Shown here piece by piece: positions 1 to 17,579 of a DNA stretch of 64,000 nucleotides (position 1 is its first letter; each line of letters begins with the position of its first letter). Where the stretch lies: positions 25,606,001 to 25,670,000 of the forward strand of contig OX597825.1 in assembly GCA_951406725.2 (NCBI GenBank), written 5' to 3'. A model generated the notes under the pieces. That model was not told the origin of the DNA, searched no databases, and saw only the letters and a program-made list of their open reading frames with translations. The translations under genes were made by a program, and so were the position numbers. Origin of the DNA: Octopus vulgaris (lineage: Eukaryota).

Positions 1-291
1 TTCTCCTCCTGTTCTTCTTCTCCTAGAGGTACGGGCCACACCAGAACCCGAACAATTTAACTGCTTTTTCCGTCCAGCGCTCTACGACGCTCTCTGACTG
101 TATGGACTTTTGATGTTAATTTTTCCTCCTGCCGCCGTTTCTTACTCAGAGCAGTGTCGACCACTCCCATTTCTCAGAGCATCCGACACTTTAACGGTGA
201 CACTATTACGCCTAAGTCGACATGGACCTTCCGCATTCTAGTTATGAAAATATTAGAAATAAGCTAAATGATTACTATCCATCCATCCATA

Positions 292-941
292 CGTGGTCTG
301 ATCAATAAGTATTCAGAGTGCTGCCAGAGTAACGAAGCTAAAGCATGCAGAGTATAGCCGCTTGCCATAGATTGACTATGAACTTTGTTGTGCATGTGCA
401 CTAAGTTTTAACGTTGTAGCTCAGTTCCACTGTTTACAGTAGTGTTTGGAAGGAAGGTGTGTAGCGTGTAATCGTGGTATTGGCCATAACGGGAAGAGTT
501 GAGCAGAGAGTCTGCGTCAAATTTTGCCAAAAGCTTGGTAATACCTGCTCAGAGGCCTACGCAAATTTTCAAAAGGTTTTCATCATTTTCGACACAATCA
601 AGGAGATCCTGTGCAACTCAAACCCGAGTTTCATTTTGGTCAGCCGAAAGCATTTTAGCACAAACTTAGCAGACTTGCGTCTCTCTATCCAAATCTTCCG
701 TGATAATGGACTGAACTGAACTGTAACTAATCTGCACATTCTCTGATAACTCACGGACGGTGATTCGACGATTTATCCTCACAGCTGTACGCACACCTGC
801 GATGTTTTTCTGTGCTGGTTCCGGGTCTCCCACACTGTTCGTCAATATCAACATTTTTTCGGCCATCTTGGAAACGTCTGAGCGTCTCGTACACTTTTGT
901 GCAGCTCATACACTCCTCTCCATACACTTTCTGCAACTTTG
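292..941. mobile_element. Mariner remnant (5' TIR plus transposase N-terminus) with an internal inversion
   Basis: TA then cgtggtctgatcaataagta at 290. The + strand encodes EQRVCVKFCQKLGNTCSEAYA (~500-565). The continuation KLQKVYGEECMSCTKVY...RFQDGR...GRP...RRITVRELS...DLLDCVENDENLLK lies on the - strand (941 to 562). Confidence 0.85.
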
Positions 942-963
942 AATACACACACACACAGACATA

Positions 964-2244
964 TAAATGGTCATCCCATAAGTTATGTCCGAATTTACCT
1001 TTTTTAAATTGAATGAAATTTAATAGTATTTTAGAATGTCTAACGGAATTAAAAAATATTTTTATGTATTTGTGCACATTTAAGCTAATTAAATATTATT
1101 TTACAGAACAATAAAATTAAAATTTCTTTGATTAAAATCCTTTCAAACATGGAAGTATCCAAAGAACATTTGAGGCACACAATGCTTATGAATACAAAAA
1201 AGAAACTCTGCAGCCGAAGCGACTCGAAACATACACTTAGTTTAAGTAAAGAATGCTTGAATGAAAGAACTTGCGGAAGATGGTTTGCAAAATTCAGAAG
1301 TGGAGATTTCAGCCTTGAAGATGAAGATCGAACAGGACGTCTAGTTGATTTTGATAAGCTCCTTGAGGCATTACTTGAAGAAAATCATGCGTTATCAGTC
1401 GAAGAATTGGCCATAAAACTTAGTTAAAACCATACAACTGTTCATCGTCATCTTCAACAACTTGGAAAGCTTCCTAAACTTGGAAAATGGGTGCCTCATG
1501 AATTGTCCGAAAGCAACTGCAAATCCCGTGTTGACATCTGCTCTTCTCTCCATTCTCGAGAACTCATTTCACCCTTTTTGACTGGTGACTGGTGACGAAA
1601 AATGAATCTTCTATCGAAATGTTAAACGTCGTAAACTGTGGCTTGGTAAAAGGGAAAAAGCTCAACCACAACCGAGAAGGGAACTTCATGAGAAAAAAGA
1701 TTCTTCTCTCTATCTTGTGGGATTGCAAAGGAGTAATTCACTTTGAATTGTTACCACTTAATGCAACAATCAGTGCTCAAGTCTATTGTCAGCAATTAGA
1801 GCATTTGAACTAAGCTTTGAAATAAAAAATACACGCTTTAGTGAATCGAAATGGAGTGATGTTTCATCAGGACAATGCGCGACCCCCCACTGCAAAGATC
1901 ACATCACAGAAAATCGAAGAGCTTGGTTGGGAAAATATTCCTCATCCACCTTATTCTCCTGATCTTGCTCTCTCAGACTACCATTTGTTTTGTAGTTTAC
2001 AGAATCATTTGGGGGACATAACTTTATCAAGCCAGGTGGAGGTTGAAACTGACATTTCAGAGTTCTTCGCTTTGAAACCAAAAGAGTTCTACATTAATGG
2101 AATTAAAAAGCTTGTAAATAGATGGAAGGAAGTCACAGATAATCAGGGAAAGTACATTGATGATTAAATTTCAATTAAATAAAACATTTGATCACTTGTT
2201 TTCTTTATTCAAAATTCGGATAGAACTTATGGAATGACTTGATA
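964..2244 (+). mobile_element. Full-length (~1.28 kb) decayed mariner transposon
   Basis: Imperfect TIRs taaatggtcatcccataagttatgtccgaattt (964) and aaattcggatagaacttatggaatgacttgata (to 2244), flanked by TA; size typical of mariner. Confidence 0.95.
1149..2167 (+). pseudogene. Mariner D,D34D transposase pseudogene
   Basis: MEVSKEHLRH start, RWFAKFRSGDFSLEDEDRTGR, WVPHEL (~1488), TGDEK (~1588), HQDNARP and HPPYSPDLALSDYHLF; broken by stops and frameshifts into ORFs 1128, 1592 and 1841. Confidence 0.95.
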
Positions 2245-2274
2245 TATAGCCTCATACATGTATGCATACATAAT

Positions 2275-3330
2275 TCTCCTCTTATTAGCAGGTAGTGTTT
2301 GGTTTATTAGCAACATTAAGTAATTAGCTCTGACTTTCTATTCAAGGTGTAAATCTTTTTCTTTTGGCTGTAATACATATCATGATTGCAATAGCTCCAA
2401 CATTTACATAAGTGATGTACTTACCTATGAAGTTCAATACAGACCGGACGAAATTTCGGTTTGACGGCACTTTATATACATTATGCTTCTTAAAACTATA
2501 GTAATTCTCTCGCTTACATAACTAAAATTAGACTTAAGTTTAAGAGGTAGCTCTTGAAACTCACCTGCTCAATCCGATATATGATTCAGGCGGCAGTATG
2601 TCTCATGGAGCTGGGAATATAATTCTGAGTGTTAGAGATACAATTCTCCATGACTTGCCAAAAGGACATAAATGTCATTTTTGACAAATTTAGTTATATC
2701 CTCTCCAGTTTAAGCTAATGGAATTCCTATATGCCTATTCCATGGTTTGTATTTGGATGATAAATGTCTATGCAATTTTTTCCAGTGCTTAAGCTTATTA
2801 TGTGACTTGGGATGCTTACTCACTGCGATGAAACCGTCCATATTTATCATATAATTATATCTTACCTTTAAATCTTTCCGCTAAAACCCTTTGGAATATC
2901 TGTGACCTGTCGGAAAATGTTTCTGAATCCAGTTTAGAAAATCCTTAGTGATAATATTTCAAATTGAGAGCGAAGAAAGCAGTTTTCATAAAACTCTTGC
3001 TATATAACAAAATAATTTTCTTTGCTATTATGAATCCTTAGGGATTTGGAGTATCACAAATCGTAGATTGTTGTGTAAAGATACGTTGTCCCCTACGATT
3101 GTACCCAGTACTTCGTGTATTCATATCCAGCAAAATTAGTTTAACATACAATCTTCCTTGGTCGATAGAATCAACTCCAAGGTATGCGACTGATCCAATA
3201 ATCAAGTACGCCTATTCACAAACGTATGACATTTAACCCTATTATACAAATCATTGGCTGGGTAAAAAATTATATAGCTTATAACACATAGTTATCAATG
3301 GCTAAATTATCACCGAATTTAACATCGGTT
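2275..3330 (-). mobile_element. Highly decayed Penelope-like element (Naiad-like linker plus GIY-YIG)
   Basis: Minus-strand translation gives FLNWIQKHFPTGHRY (~2945-2900), resembling the FLxLIDKHFP linker of Naiad-type PLEs, and ESYIGLS (~2587-2567, YIG motif). Boundaries approximate. Confidence 0.6.
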
Positions 3331-3778
3331 TCAGGTATTTAGGACCTTTAAGCCAATTCTACTCTCTTCCAAACATTCAAATGAAATCTTCGGTGTGATA
3401 TTCACATAGTCGAGAGCGCACACATATAATGATGCACAGAAATACACACAAACACAACAGTATATTTATATAAAACTATGGTCATGTCCAAGGTTAGTTG
3501 AATTAGTTTCAATGACTGATTGTATAGATTATCCTTTTCTGCCCAAATTTCCCATTTGCAAAGTAAGTCAATCTCTGCTGCTTCTCCTTCATCTCTCCCT
3601 GAGCATCACTTTCTCGTCGAAGGAGCCTTTTGATCAATAAAAATGAAGAAATTAGATACGCTTGTGCTCTAGTGCAGTGGTTCTCAAACTTTTAAGTACC
3701 AAGGACCCTTTTTATTTAAATGAATCTTCCCACGGACCCCTTTTAACATGCTTATCCTTAGGTATATATATATATATA

Positions 3779-4005
3779 AGGCGGCGAGCTGGCAGAAACG
3801 TTAGCATGCTGGGCGAAATGCGTAGCCGTATTTCGTCTGCCGTTACGTTCTGAGTTCAAATTCCGCCGAGGTCGACTTTGCCTTTCATCCCTTCGGGGTC
3901 GATAAATCAAGTACCAGTTACGCACTGGGGTCGATTTAATCGACTTAATTGTTTGTCTGTCCTTGTTTGTCCTCTCTGTGTTTAGCCCCTTGTGGGTAAT
4001 AAAGA

Positions 4006-4009
<4 letters not shown>
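3779..4009 (+). mobile_element. tRNA-derived SINE family A (Meta-domain-like core), tail type 1
   Basis: A-box-like tggcagaaacg, B-box gagttcaaattcc, core gtcgactttgcctttcatcc-ttcggggtcgataaa, tail ...agccccttgtgggtaataaagaaata; many copies in the window. Confidence 0.9.
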
Positions 4010-4068
<59 letters not shown>

Positions 4069-4071
<3 letters not shown>

Positions 4072-4309
4072 TAGTGGATAGGGTGTCAGCATCATGGTCG
4101 TAGGATTGTGATTTCGATTCCTGGACCGAGCGATGCGTTGTGTTCTTGAGCAAAACACTTCCTTTCACGTTGCTCCAGTCCACTCAGCTGGCTAAATTGA
4201 GTAACGCTGCGATTGTCTGGCGTCCCGTCCAGCTGGGGAACATATACGCCATTGAAACCGGGAAACCGGGCCCATGAGCCTGGCAAGGCTTTAAAAGGGC
4301 GCAGTTATT

Positions 4310-4312
<3 letters not shown>
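4069..4312 (+). mobile_element. tRNA-derived SINE family D (V-SINE-like central segment)
   Basis: Head gcttagtggatagggtgtcagc...tttcgattcc; near-identical inverted copy at 30900-31152. Confidence 0.85.
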
Positions 4313-4352
<40 letters not shown>

Positions 4353-5129
4353 TATATATATGAAAATTTGAATTTAGTTCACGGAGCCCCATTACTACCT
4401 TCGCAGACCACCAGGGATACGTGGACCGCAAATTGGGAACCACTACTCTAGTGGAAGGAAATATGTTAATTTTGACTCCCTCTCATTTCTTCGCTATATG
4501 TATATATTCAACCATACATAAATAAATACATACACATGTGTATATGCAAGCACACCCATGATAATATCAATCTATCTATATGCACATACATGAGCATATA
4601 TGCATGTTATACGTATATGTGTATGTATGTATGTATGTATGTATGTATGTATGTATGTATGTATGTATGTATGTATGTATGTATGTATGTATGAATGTAT
4701 GTACGTATGTATGTATGTATGCATGTGTGCGTGTGTGCGTGTGTATGTGTATATAATGTATGGTGATGCCAATGTTTCGAACCTTGCAAGTTTTCCGTTG
4801 ACAGTAATCATCACCCATTGGGGAAATCGTAAGGTTTGAATAGATCTCGATGTATTGGGTAGTTTATTGTGTAACTGTGTGTCTGTGTGTCACACACATT
4901 ACATACACATGCGCTCGCCCCCTCCCCGCACATGCGCTCGCACCACTACACATTCACACGAACCCCCACATATACTGTTATGCAAATGACTTAAGAACTG
5001 CATGCCAATTAAAACATGATTGAGATCGAACTATTCCCTATAATTGTACAAAGTAAAATGAAAAACTATAAAAAATATTAATTACACTCGTCATAATGTC
5101 AAATTAAAACATGTAATAAAGATACATTT

Positions 5130-6050
5130 GCAACGAAAACACACTGAGGAATTAAGAAACAAATGAATATTAGCAGTAAAAACTCAATGGCAAAAATAAA
5201 TAAAGTAAATAATGCAAAAAAAATTACTAATCAAACTATGGAGCAGTTTATCAGAGGCATACGCACAAAGTCCGCTGGCAATTAAAGCATTTATACAAAG
5301 ACACATTGTTATCGATGGAAAGCGGTTTGTCAATCATTTTATATTAGCAATCAAAACGCGTTGCCAATCGAAATATATTCTCAAAGAGCATTTGCAAGCA
5401 AAATACGTTGGGAATAAAGAACTTCTTAGGAATTAGAATTGATTGGTAATCAAAACACATTAGGCTTCGACGTATATTTTTACAATGAAACACATTGGTA
5501 ATAAAAATCATATTGGCAACCATATTGTATTGAGAATCAAAATGCATTTAGCATTAAATACTATAAACGATGATGACACGATTGCAACTCTGACACCTGG
5601 CGATCTCACCACATTGGCTTTGAAAACGCTGTGGCCCAAAGGAGATTAACAATAATGTTGCTCTAGCAATTAAATACGATAAATATTCAGAATCATTGGC
5701 AACGAAACGTATTAGCAGTTAAATTTCCATAAAAAAACACACACACACTGGTATTAAGAATATTTGACAATCAATAATATCGGCAATGAGATTACTTCGT
5801 TAAGCGTAACATGTTGGCTGTTTCAAACGGGTAATGAATACGATTGACAATCATAACATATTGTCAACAGGAATGAATTGACAATCAAATCCATTACAGT
5901 CATAAAGCATTGACTACTGCATCACATGTTCTATATCATTACAATGGTAATAAATTTGTGTCGACAATTAAACAATCGCATTAAGAAGCAAAATGTCAAC
6001 GAGAGCAACATTTTTAATTAAAGCGCATTGACAATTTCACGTATTGTTGT
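5130..6050 (+). repeat. Old degenerate ~17-bp minisatellite (consensus approximately attggcaatcaaaacac)
   Basis: Recurring units attagcaatcaaaacgcg, attggtaatcaaaacac, attggtaataaaaatc, attggcaaccatattgt, attgagaatcaaaatgc, attgacaatcataacat, attgacaatcaaatcc. Confidence 0.75.
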
Positions 6051-6960
6051 AGAATAATTACTACTTTTATGAGACAGGGTCGAGCAAATCTTTTACGTTT
6101 TTATTACATTAAACATGCATGGCTGAGTCATAAAACAGACATCAGCGTCATGCAAAGTGAAATATATACAGAAAGAACCTAAATTCATGAAAAAGAGATG
6201 TCAGAGCATTCTATATTTTCAATTATTCAACTAATATGAATAACCAAGAAGCGTGGGTTTCTAATATTCAATGGCGGCAATATTTATTGTAGCTTTCTGA
6301 TTTGGATAGACACCAGTGTTAACTATTAAGTTTTACGGTGTAAATGCAATGAAGAATAAAAAGGCTCGTACAGGAGAAAGAGGGTTTTAATAAAATACGG
6401 TATTAGCTTAAGTCTTTGATATGAAGATAAAGAACCAAAATATTTCGGAAGTTAGACCTTCATAATGAAAAGTGATAAAAACATAGCGGGAGCGGAGAAA
6501 GTCAGCGAACGAAGAAAAAAAAATGGACGACAGGTTAGGAACCAAGCGCAGTGCAGTGCTATGGAGTGGAATAAGAATGGAAGAAGGCGGGTGTGTATGT
6601 GCAAGAATGGGAGTGTACTCTTGGTTGGAATCAGGTTCTGTGTGTCGATTGTCCATGTGCAGTATAGGGGCTCATGTTAGTGGGCATGTGAGGTGCTAGT
6701 GTTTGTGTGTAATCATAATATGTGAGTGAAGAAAATATGGATGTAAGGGATTAAAAGGTGAGAGGAATATTTAAGATGTGATAGATATACGGAAGTGGGT
6801 AAAAGTAAGAATACAATTGCTTAATATGAGTGGAATGTTCTTTCATTTCGCTATTTCTTTTTTAGAAATGAAAACAATATTCCACTCATATGCGAGACCA
6901 ACATACGTGGAATATTCTTTTCATCTCTTATACTAAAAACGATTCAGCTCAGTTGCTTAA

Positions 6961-7343
6961 TGGAAGCACTCCATCGGTTACGACGATGAGGGTTCCGGTT
7001 GATCCGAATCAACGGAACAGCCTGCTCGTGAAATTAACGTGTAAGTGGCTGAGCACTCCACAGACACGTGTACCCTTAACGTAGTTCTCGGGGATATTCA
7101 GCGTGACACAGAGAGTGACAAGGCCGGCCCTTTGATGTACAGGTACAACAGAAACAGGAAGTAAGAGTGAGAGAAAGTTGTGGTGAAAGAGTACAGCAGG
7201 GATCACCACCATCCCTGCCGGAGCCTCATGGAGCTTTAGGTGTTTTCGCTCAATAAACACTCACAACCCCCGGTCTGGGATCGAAACCGCGATCCTATGA
7301 CCGCGAGTCAGCTGACCTAACCACTGGGCCATTGCGCCTCCAC
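6961..7343 (-). mobile_element. tRNA-derived SINE family C, tail type 1
   Basis: Head tggaggcgcaatggcccagtggttagg...ggtttcgatccc; TSD tgcttaat at 6954-6961 and 7347-7354; related heads at 38412, 51113 and 62350. Confidence 0.9.
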
Positions 7344-7794
7344 TAGTGCTTAATATTGCAGTCATATTAAGCAACTGTGTGCCTACTTCTTGCCATCTCT
7401 GCATATTAGCATACAATGAAAACACTTTGTATACAAAGTGAGTTGAAGCTAGGATTTAAAAGACCATAGTTAATTGCCGCAATACATCCTGTCTGTGTTT
7501 CTTTCAATGTAGTATCTCTTTTATGGCCTCAAAAATAAGGATTTGGCTGAGTAAGGCGCATTTTTCTCTACTCTTATTCAGATACATATATACATACATG
7601 GATAGATACAAGCATACACATACATACCTACCTACCTACCTACATACATACATACATACATACTTACATACATACATACATACATACATAAATACATACA
7701 TGCATACATAGATGCATATATATAATTATATATATATGTGTATATATATATACATATATATATATATAAATATATATATACACACACATACATA

Positions 7795-7962
7795 CTGTAT
7801 TTTAGCGTGTATAAGGAACCCCCAAATTTGGGGGCTTAAAATGTGGAAAAAAGGCTTTGTAAGACTTTATAATACTATCTATGTATAAGAAACTCCCATT
7901 TTTTAAACCTAGTTTTTGACAAAAAGAAAAAAAAACGGTTTCTTATATAGGTTAAAATACAG
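7795..7962. mobile_element. 168-bp Tc1/mariner-superfamily (Tc2/pogo-like) MITE
   Basis: TIRs ctgtattttagcgtgtataag / cttatataggttaaaatacag, each flanked by TA. Confidence 0.8.
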
Positions 7963-8087
7963 TACATGCATAAATACATTTCATACATATATATATATAT
8001 GTATATACACATACATATAGCACACACATACACACACATATGAAGTCAAAAAACATGTGAGATATTTCCATCTAACTGTCATAGGAT

Positions 8088-8692
8088 ATGATTACAGCTG
8101 TTTCAAAACCATATTCATGTAGTATTACTTAAAATATGCAAAAATTATATGTACATGTTTGCATCAATATGTATACTCAATATTATTACTCTTTTACTCT
8201 CTCTTTTACTTGTTTCAGTCATTTGACTGCGGCCATGCTGGAGCACCGCCTTTAATCGAGCAACTCGACCCCACGACTTATTCTTTTGTAAGCCCAGTAC
8301 TTATTCTATCGGTCTCTTTTGCCGAGTCGCTAAGTAACGGGGACACAAACACACCAGCATCGGTTGTCGAGCAATGCTAGGGGGACAAACACAGACACAC
8401 GAACACACACACACACACACGCATATATATATATACATATATACGACGGGCTTCTTTCAGTTTCCGTCTACCAAATCCACTCACAAGGCTTTGGTCGGCC
8501 CGAGGCTGTAGTAGAAGACACTTGCCCAAGGTGCCACGCAGTGGGACTGAACCCGGAACCATGTGGCTGGTAAACAAGCTACTTACCACACAGCCACTCC
8601 TGCGCTTATACAAGTATATATTCACAAGTATACTTATACAAGTATATATTCACAAACTAATGCAAATATAGGAGGCTAACTCATCAGATCAT
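8088..8692 (-). ncRNA. Type I hammerhead ribozyme split by a SINE insertion
   Basis: Minus strand: atgat-CTGATGA (8692-8681) ... GAAAC-agct-GTA-atcat (8104-8088). Stem I atgat/atcat pairs perfectly; stem III is the palindrome acagctgt. Confidence 0.65.
8187..8605 (-). mobile_element. tRNA-derived SINE family B (CORE-like accttgggcaagtg) with internal microsatellite and CR1-like tail
   Basis: Head ggagtggctgtgtggtaag...gggttcagtccc; tail ggcggtgctccagcatggccgcagtcaaatgactgaaac; second full copy at 63511-63956. Confidence 0.9.
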
Positions 8693-9111
8693 CGGAACAT
8701 AATGATTATATCTATGATGTCTGAATGTGTGTGTGTGCTTGTATGCACGTTATTATTATTTTTAATCGCCAAATTATTTTTGATGTATTACTTTTAATCG
8801 GCAAAAGTGACAAAATACGTTAAGGGTTGGGTGATTCGTATACGACATTTATCAAACTTGATAAGGGGCGTACGCAAAACTCTCAGCTCTTAAGTCACTC
8901 TGTAACTTCTGCTGATTAAATGCAATAAAAGTGTATAAACACATTTAAAATCACGTTTATCCTGTTGGTTCTACCAAACTGATATATATATATATATATA
9001 TATATATACGTGTGTTTGTCTAGTGTATTATAGACAGCTAAATGTAACTCAAGTATAACATTTCTGATGATGGATAATAGTAAGAATAAAAACCATGTCA
9101 ATTTCTATCTA

Positions 9112-9202
<91 letters not shown>

Positions 9203-9899
9203 TTATCTATCAATCTATCTGTCTGTCTGTCTATCTGTCTATCTATCTCTCTATTTATCTGTAGTTTGTTCCTTCTCGGTAAAAACAAATATTCTATAGC
9301 CTACTGTACAAAAAAAAAAGACAAAACAACAAAGCAAAATACAACACACATGAAAGAATACAATATTTTATAGAGTGACATCCTCTCCAATATTTTGAAA
9401 ATGATAGACACAAGGCGGTAACAGCATCTGTTCTTCTTCAAATTGCCTGTTTGGCCTCTGGAAACGAATTCGAGTATTTTCCATTCTGTTTTAGAAGTGT
9501 TGTTCATGCCCGGTTACAGGAGACATGTATTCCGATAATACAAAATCAAAAATCGGATTGCCTGGGTTGTGAAGTTGTTTCATGTGAAAAGTGTGATAAA
9601 TATTGCATTTGCTCGTTCTATACAGATTTGTTTTCCAGATGTAAAGTAAAGGTAAATAGTAGAACAATAACAAAAAGCAAGAAAAAAATCAAACAAACCA
9701 AACAATAATACTGTGAATGCTGGAAGAACAAGAAGGGAAGGAGTATAAGAAAATTAGCGATAAAGGAAGAATAATGAAACCTGAGGAAGAATGAGCGACA
9801 GCAATAATAGAGAGAAGTACGATCACGTGGAAGTAGCTAGAAAGCTCGAAAAGAAATAATATTTCATTGAATACTTAACACAGCTCAAGTAACAAATGT

Positions 9900-10700
9900 C
9901 GTTTATGTAATGTATATTTTCCCTTCATAAACTGTAGTTTCAGCGATGGATATTTAATCTGCATTGTTCCTTTGCAAGAGATATTCATGATTTGTTAGAC
10001 GACATTTTCCTACAGAACATAACTTAGCTTTTCCCGTGAATAATTCATCACAGAATGATAATAGTTTTCAGGATATGCTATCCCCCTGTTTGTAAGCGTA
10101 TTGTGGGGGAATATATAATATTATTAGTTTTGTTGAACTGCAGAAGTAATGCTAAAATTTCCTCATATAATCGTTGGTTTTTGATTTCACTTATAGGAAA
10201 GGTTTGTAACCGTACTTCTCATAAAGTATCTAGTTACAACATTGCATTCTCAATATTGTTTCCATTAAGTATTTATCCACCGAAATTGCACAAATGATTT
10301 CTGTCATCTGTCGTTAAAGCTAGTGTGACGAAGGCAGTTTTTTTTCTCGAGTAGCGAAGGGATATTTGATGATAATCTGGTCAGTTTGATGAGAATTTTC
10401 GTCACAATTAATAATTGGGAAATTAATTTTGTCCATATGTTAAACTTTTATATTTTGAAAGGGTAAATAAATAGCATGCATAATATGATATTGTGACACT
10501 TCTCCGGGGTAACAGCGTTGTTACCTAAGTTACCTTGAATTAGTAAAGTAAGCACGACTTCACTGAAACATGTATAGAAGCGTCTAGAAAGCTGAATGCA
10601 ATGAGATTCTACTTGACACAGGCTTTTGTTTGTTATACTAATGATGTAAACGAAACGATTTAGCTTCAAAGAAAAATCGAAACTGGCTCATAGTAATTTT
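9900..10700 (-). mobile_element. Possible very old PLE (GIY-YIG region) remnant
   Basis: Only fragmentary Cys-containing segments (CNFGG, CSVGKCRL) on the - strand; no intact motif. Confidence 0.3.
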
Positions 10701-11215
10701 ATTATTTGTTCTTCTGTTCACAGCAGAGTTTTATAATTAACTATGCATTCGGTAGAGTGCCGAGCAAATTACCTTGCGGTATATGATTAGGTCGCTATGC
10801 GTTGAGTTCATAAAGCAATTTTACCTTTAATCCTCTCAATATCGGTGGGACAAGCATCAATCAAATGCTGGAACTAATATAACCGCTTGCTCCCACAAAA
10901 ACATTGTGTCATATGCCTGTTTTAGAAATTATTATAGAATAATTTAAAATATTCTACTCCTCATTTATGGTTTTCTAATCTCAAGACTTATTTTAAAGGG
11001 GAGGTATAACTGCAGTTAAGATATCTTGCAGTGACAGGTTTTTAATTTTTGTATGGTTTCATTTCAGACAGTATCCATGTCGCTTGACCATTCTAGTATG
11101 CCCCATATGGAAAAATGATAGAATTCGTCAATGTTTTTTCTTTTGTGAGGCGTAAGGATTCAATTGCTCTCTTTGCTTTCGTTATTCTGCTTTCCCATCT
11201 AATTATGTACAGCTC

Positions 11216-15452
<4,237 letters not shown>

Positions 15453-16580
15453 TATCTATCTGTCTATCTACCTATATGTAGGTATATATGTATATAAGTA
15501 TTGAACCAAAATCTCATTACCAGGAATCGGATATCGTAAACTGATTGATGCTCTGTATGATATATGATTTGACGGATAAGGTTTATTTTTTTGAGTGTTG
15601 GAAGGAATTACTCCAATTGCCTAATGTCTAAATATATTCGATAAGAAGACAGTCATAGAAATTGTCAAATAAATCAGAAAATAGTGACTACTCACCTCAG
15701 TAATTCACAGTAATGTTCTAAGTACGAGTATATATATACATATATATATATACACACACTCTCCCACATATAGTCACAGATACATATATATATGTACACA
15801 CACGCATAAATACATAATAGACATACACATATATATGTGTATGTATGTGTGTATTATATATAATGAAGAGCAATTATGTTGAAGCAGAGGGTTAAATCTT
15901 CTACAACCGTACGTTGATCAATAACTAGTAAGTCGTAAAAAAACGTAAGCATACATATATTTGTATAGTGTGAACAGTTTTACCTTCATATTAGAATGAA
16001 ATTGACCCGAATAAGATGATTTAAGACAATTGGATGAATGAGAAGGGAGAAAAATATATCTCGAGCATTTTTCATTAGATTTAGAATGAACTTGAGTAAA
16101 AACCGATATTCACAAATCTTCCATTTGGACTTACTTTGCAATCAAATGAAATTGAGCTGAACAATTCCCATAGCCAACTGGATTCAGGATAAATTTCATG
16201 TAACAAATGTATATTGACTCCTATTTCGTTTCAGAATAGGCAGTGATTCTGAAATAAAAACCGAGAACTCTTTATTTCAAAATCAGCAGCAGACATGAGG
16301 TACATGGTTATGTGTTTAGAAAAGTGCTTTACAGCTAGTGCTTTTGTGTTTAATCTCATTATACAACACATCGGTTTGGACTGGCTAGTACACGTTCCCG
16401 TATATGAAGTATTTATTTTACCTGCAGAATGTTATATTTCGTTAGAATTACATGTCTACTTATCTATCCATTTTTCTGTCAGTCTAAAGTATTTTTCCTT
16501 CACTCTCCCTCTTTGTATTTTATGTATGTATGTATGTATGTATGTATGTATGTATGTATGTATGTATGTATGTATGTATG

Positions 16581-16657
<77 letters not shown>

Positions 16658-16661
16658 GTAT

Positions 16662-17579
16662 ACAGAAAAACAAAAGACGAAGGCAGGTGTATAAACAACA
16701 AGCAGGTGGATTAGTTTGACGCTCGGGGGAGAAAGTCTTTTACGTTTCCAGCCTAAGCTCTTCAACAGAAAAGAATACGAGGAAATAAATAGAGAGAGAA
16801 TAGAAAAAAAAATTGTGGATTTAGTAATCAATCACGGCGACCGGTTGGGAAAGACAGTTTGACAGGAGAACCACGAAGAAGGGGAGATAATAAAGTACTG
16901 GTGATCCAAAATCTGAGTGGGGTGCATGCGTGTGTGTATGCGAGAGTTTTTGTGTGTGGATGATGTGTGCGTATAATGGTGTGTAGTTGTGCAGATAATA
17001 GTGTGTGGTGCGGTGCTGGGAAGTGGTCAGTGCTAGTGTGTGCAGAGTGGTGTGTGGCGGTGTGGGGTGTAGTTGTGGGGTGTAGGTGTGGGGTGTAGGT
17101 GTGGGGTGTAGGTGTGGTGTGAGGTTGTGGGAGTGGGATGTGTGGGTGTGGAGTGTGGATGGCTGGGATATAAGTGAAGAGAGAAGGTGGGGGGGAGTGA
17201 AAAGTGGGAGTAGGTGTAAGATGAAAAGTGGAGAGGAGAGGAGTCAGATGAAGATGGAGGGGAGTTGAGCCCATGTGGCGCAAAGGAGTGAAGAGGGAAG
17301 ATTAATTCTAGTTCACGTCGAAGGCACGAGTTCAAATGGCCCCTGTGCAAAGACAGTCTGAACATAGAAAAGTGTTGTAATGAATGACCGGTAAAGTAGA
17401 AATGGCGCGAGACTGGGGTGTCATTACCGAATCTAATGTTTTGGAGGTGCTCCGCGGACCAGTCAGCCAAGCAGCGTCCTGTTTGACCGATGTACAGAGA
17501 AGGGCAAAAAGCGCAGGAGATACAGTAAAAAACGAAGTGCAGGTAAAAGAGTCATTTTCTTTTTTTTGCGAATTCTCCC

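Larger units (their letters stand above)
3675..4445. mobile_element. hAT (Charlie-like) MITE containing two nested SINEs
   Basis: TIRs cagtggttctcaaac / aattgggaaccacta; perfect 8-bp TSD ctctagtg at 3667-3674 and 4446-4453. Confidence 0.9.

Noticed and set aside
2275-3330. Selenocysteine recoding (reported for some Naiad PLEs)
   Set aside because: The ORF is too decayed, with all stop types and frameshifts, and I recognise no SECIS.
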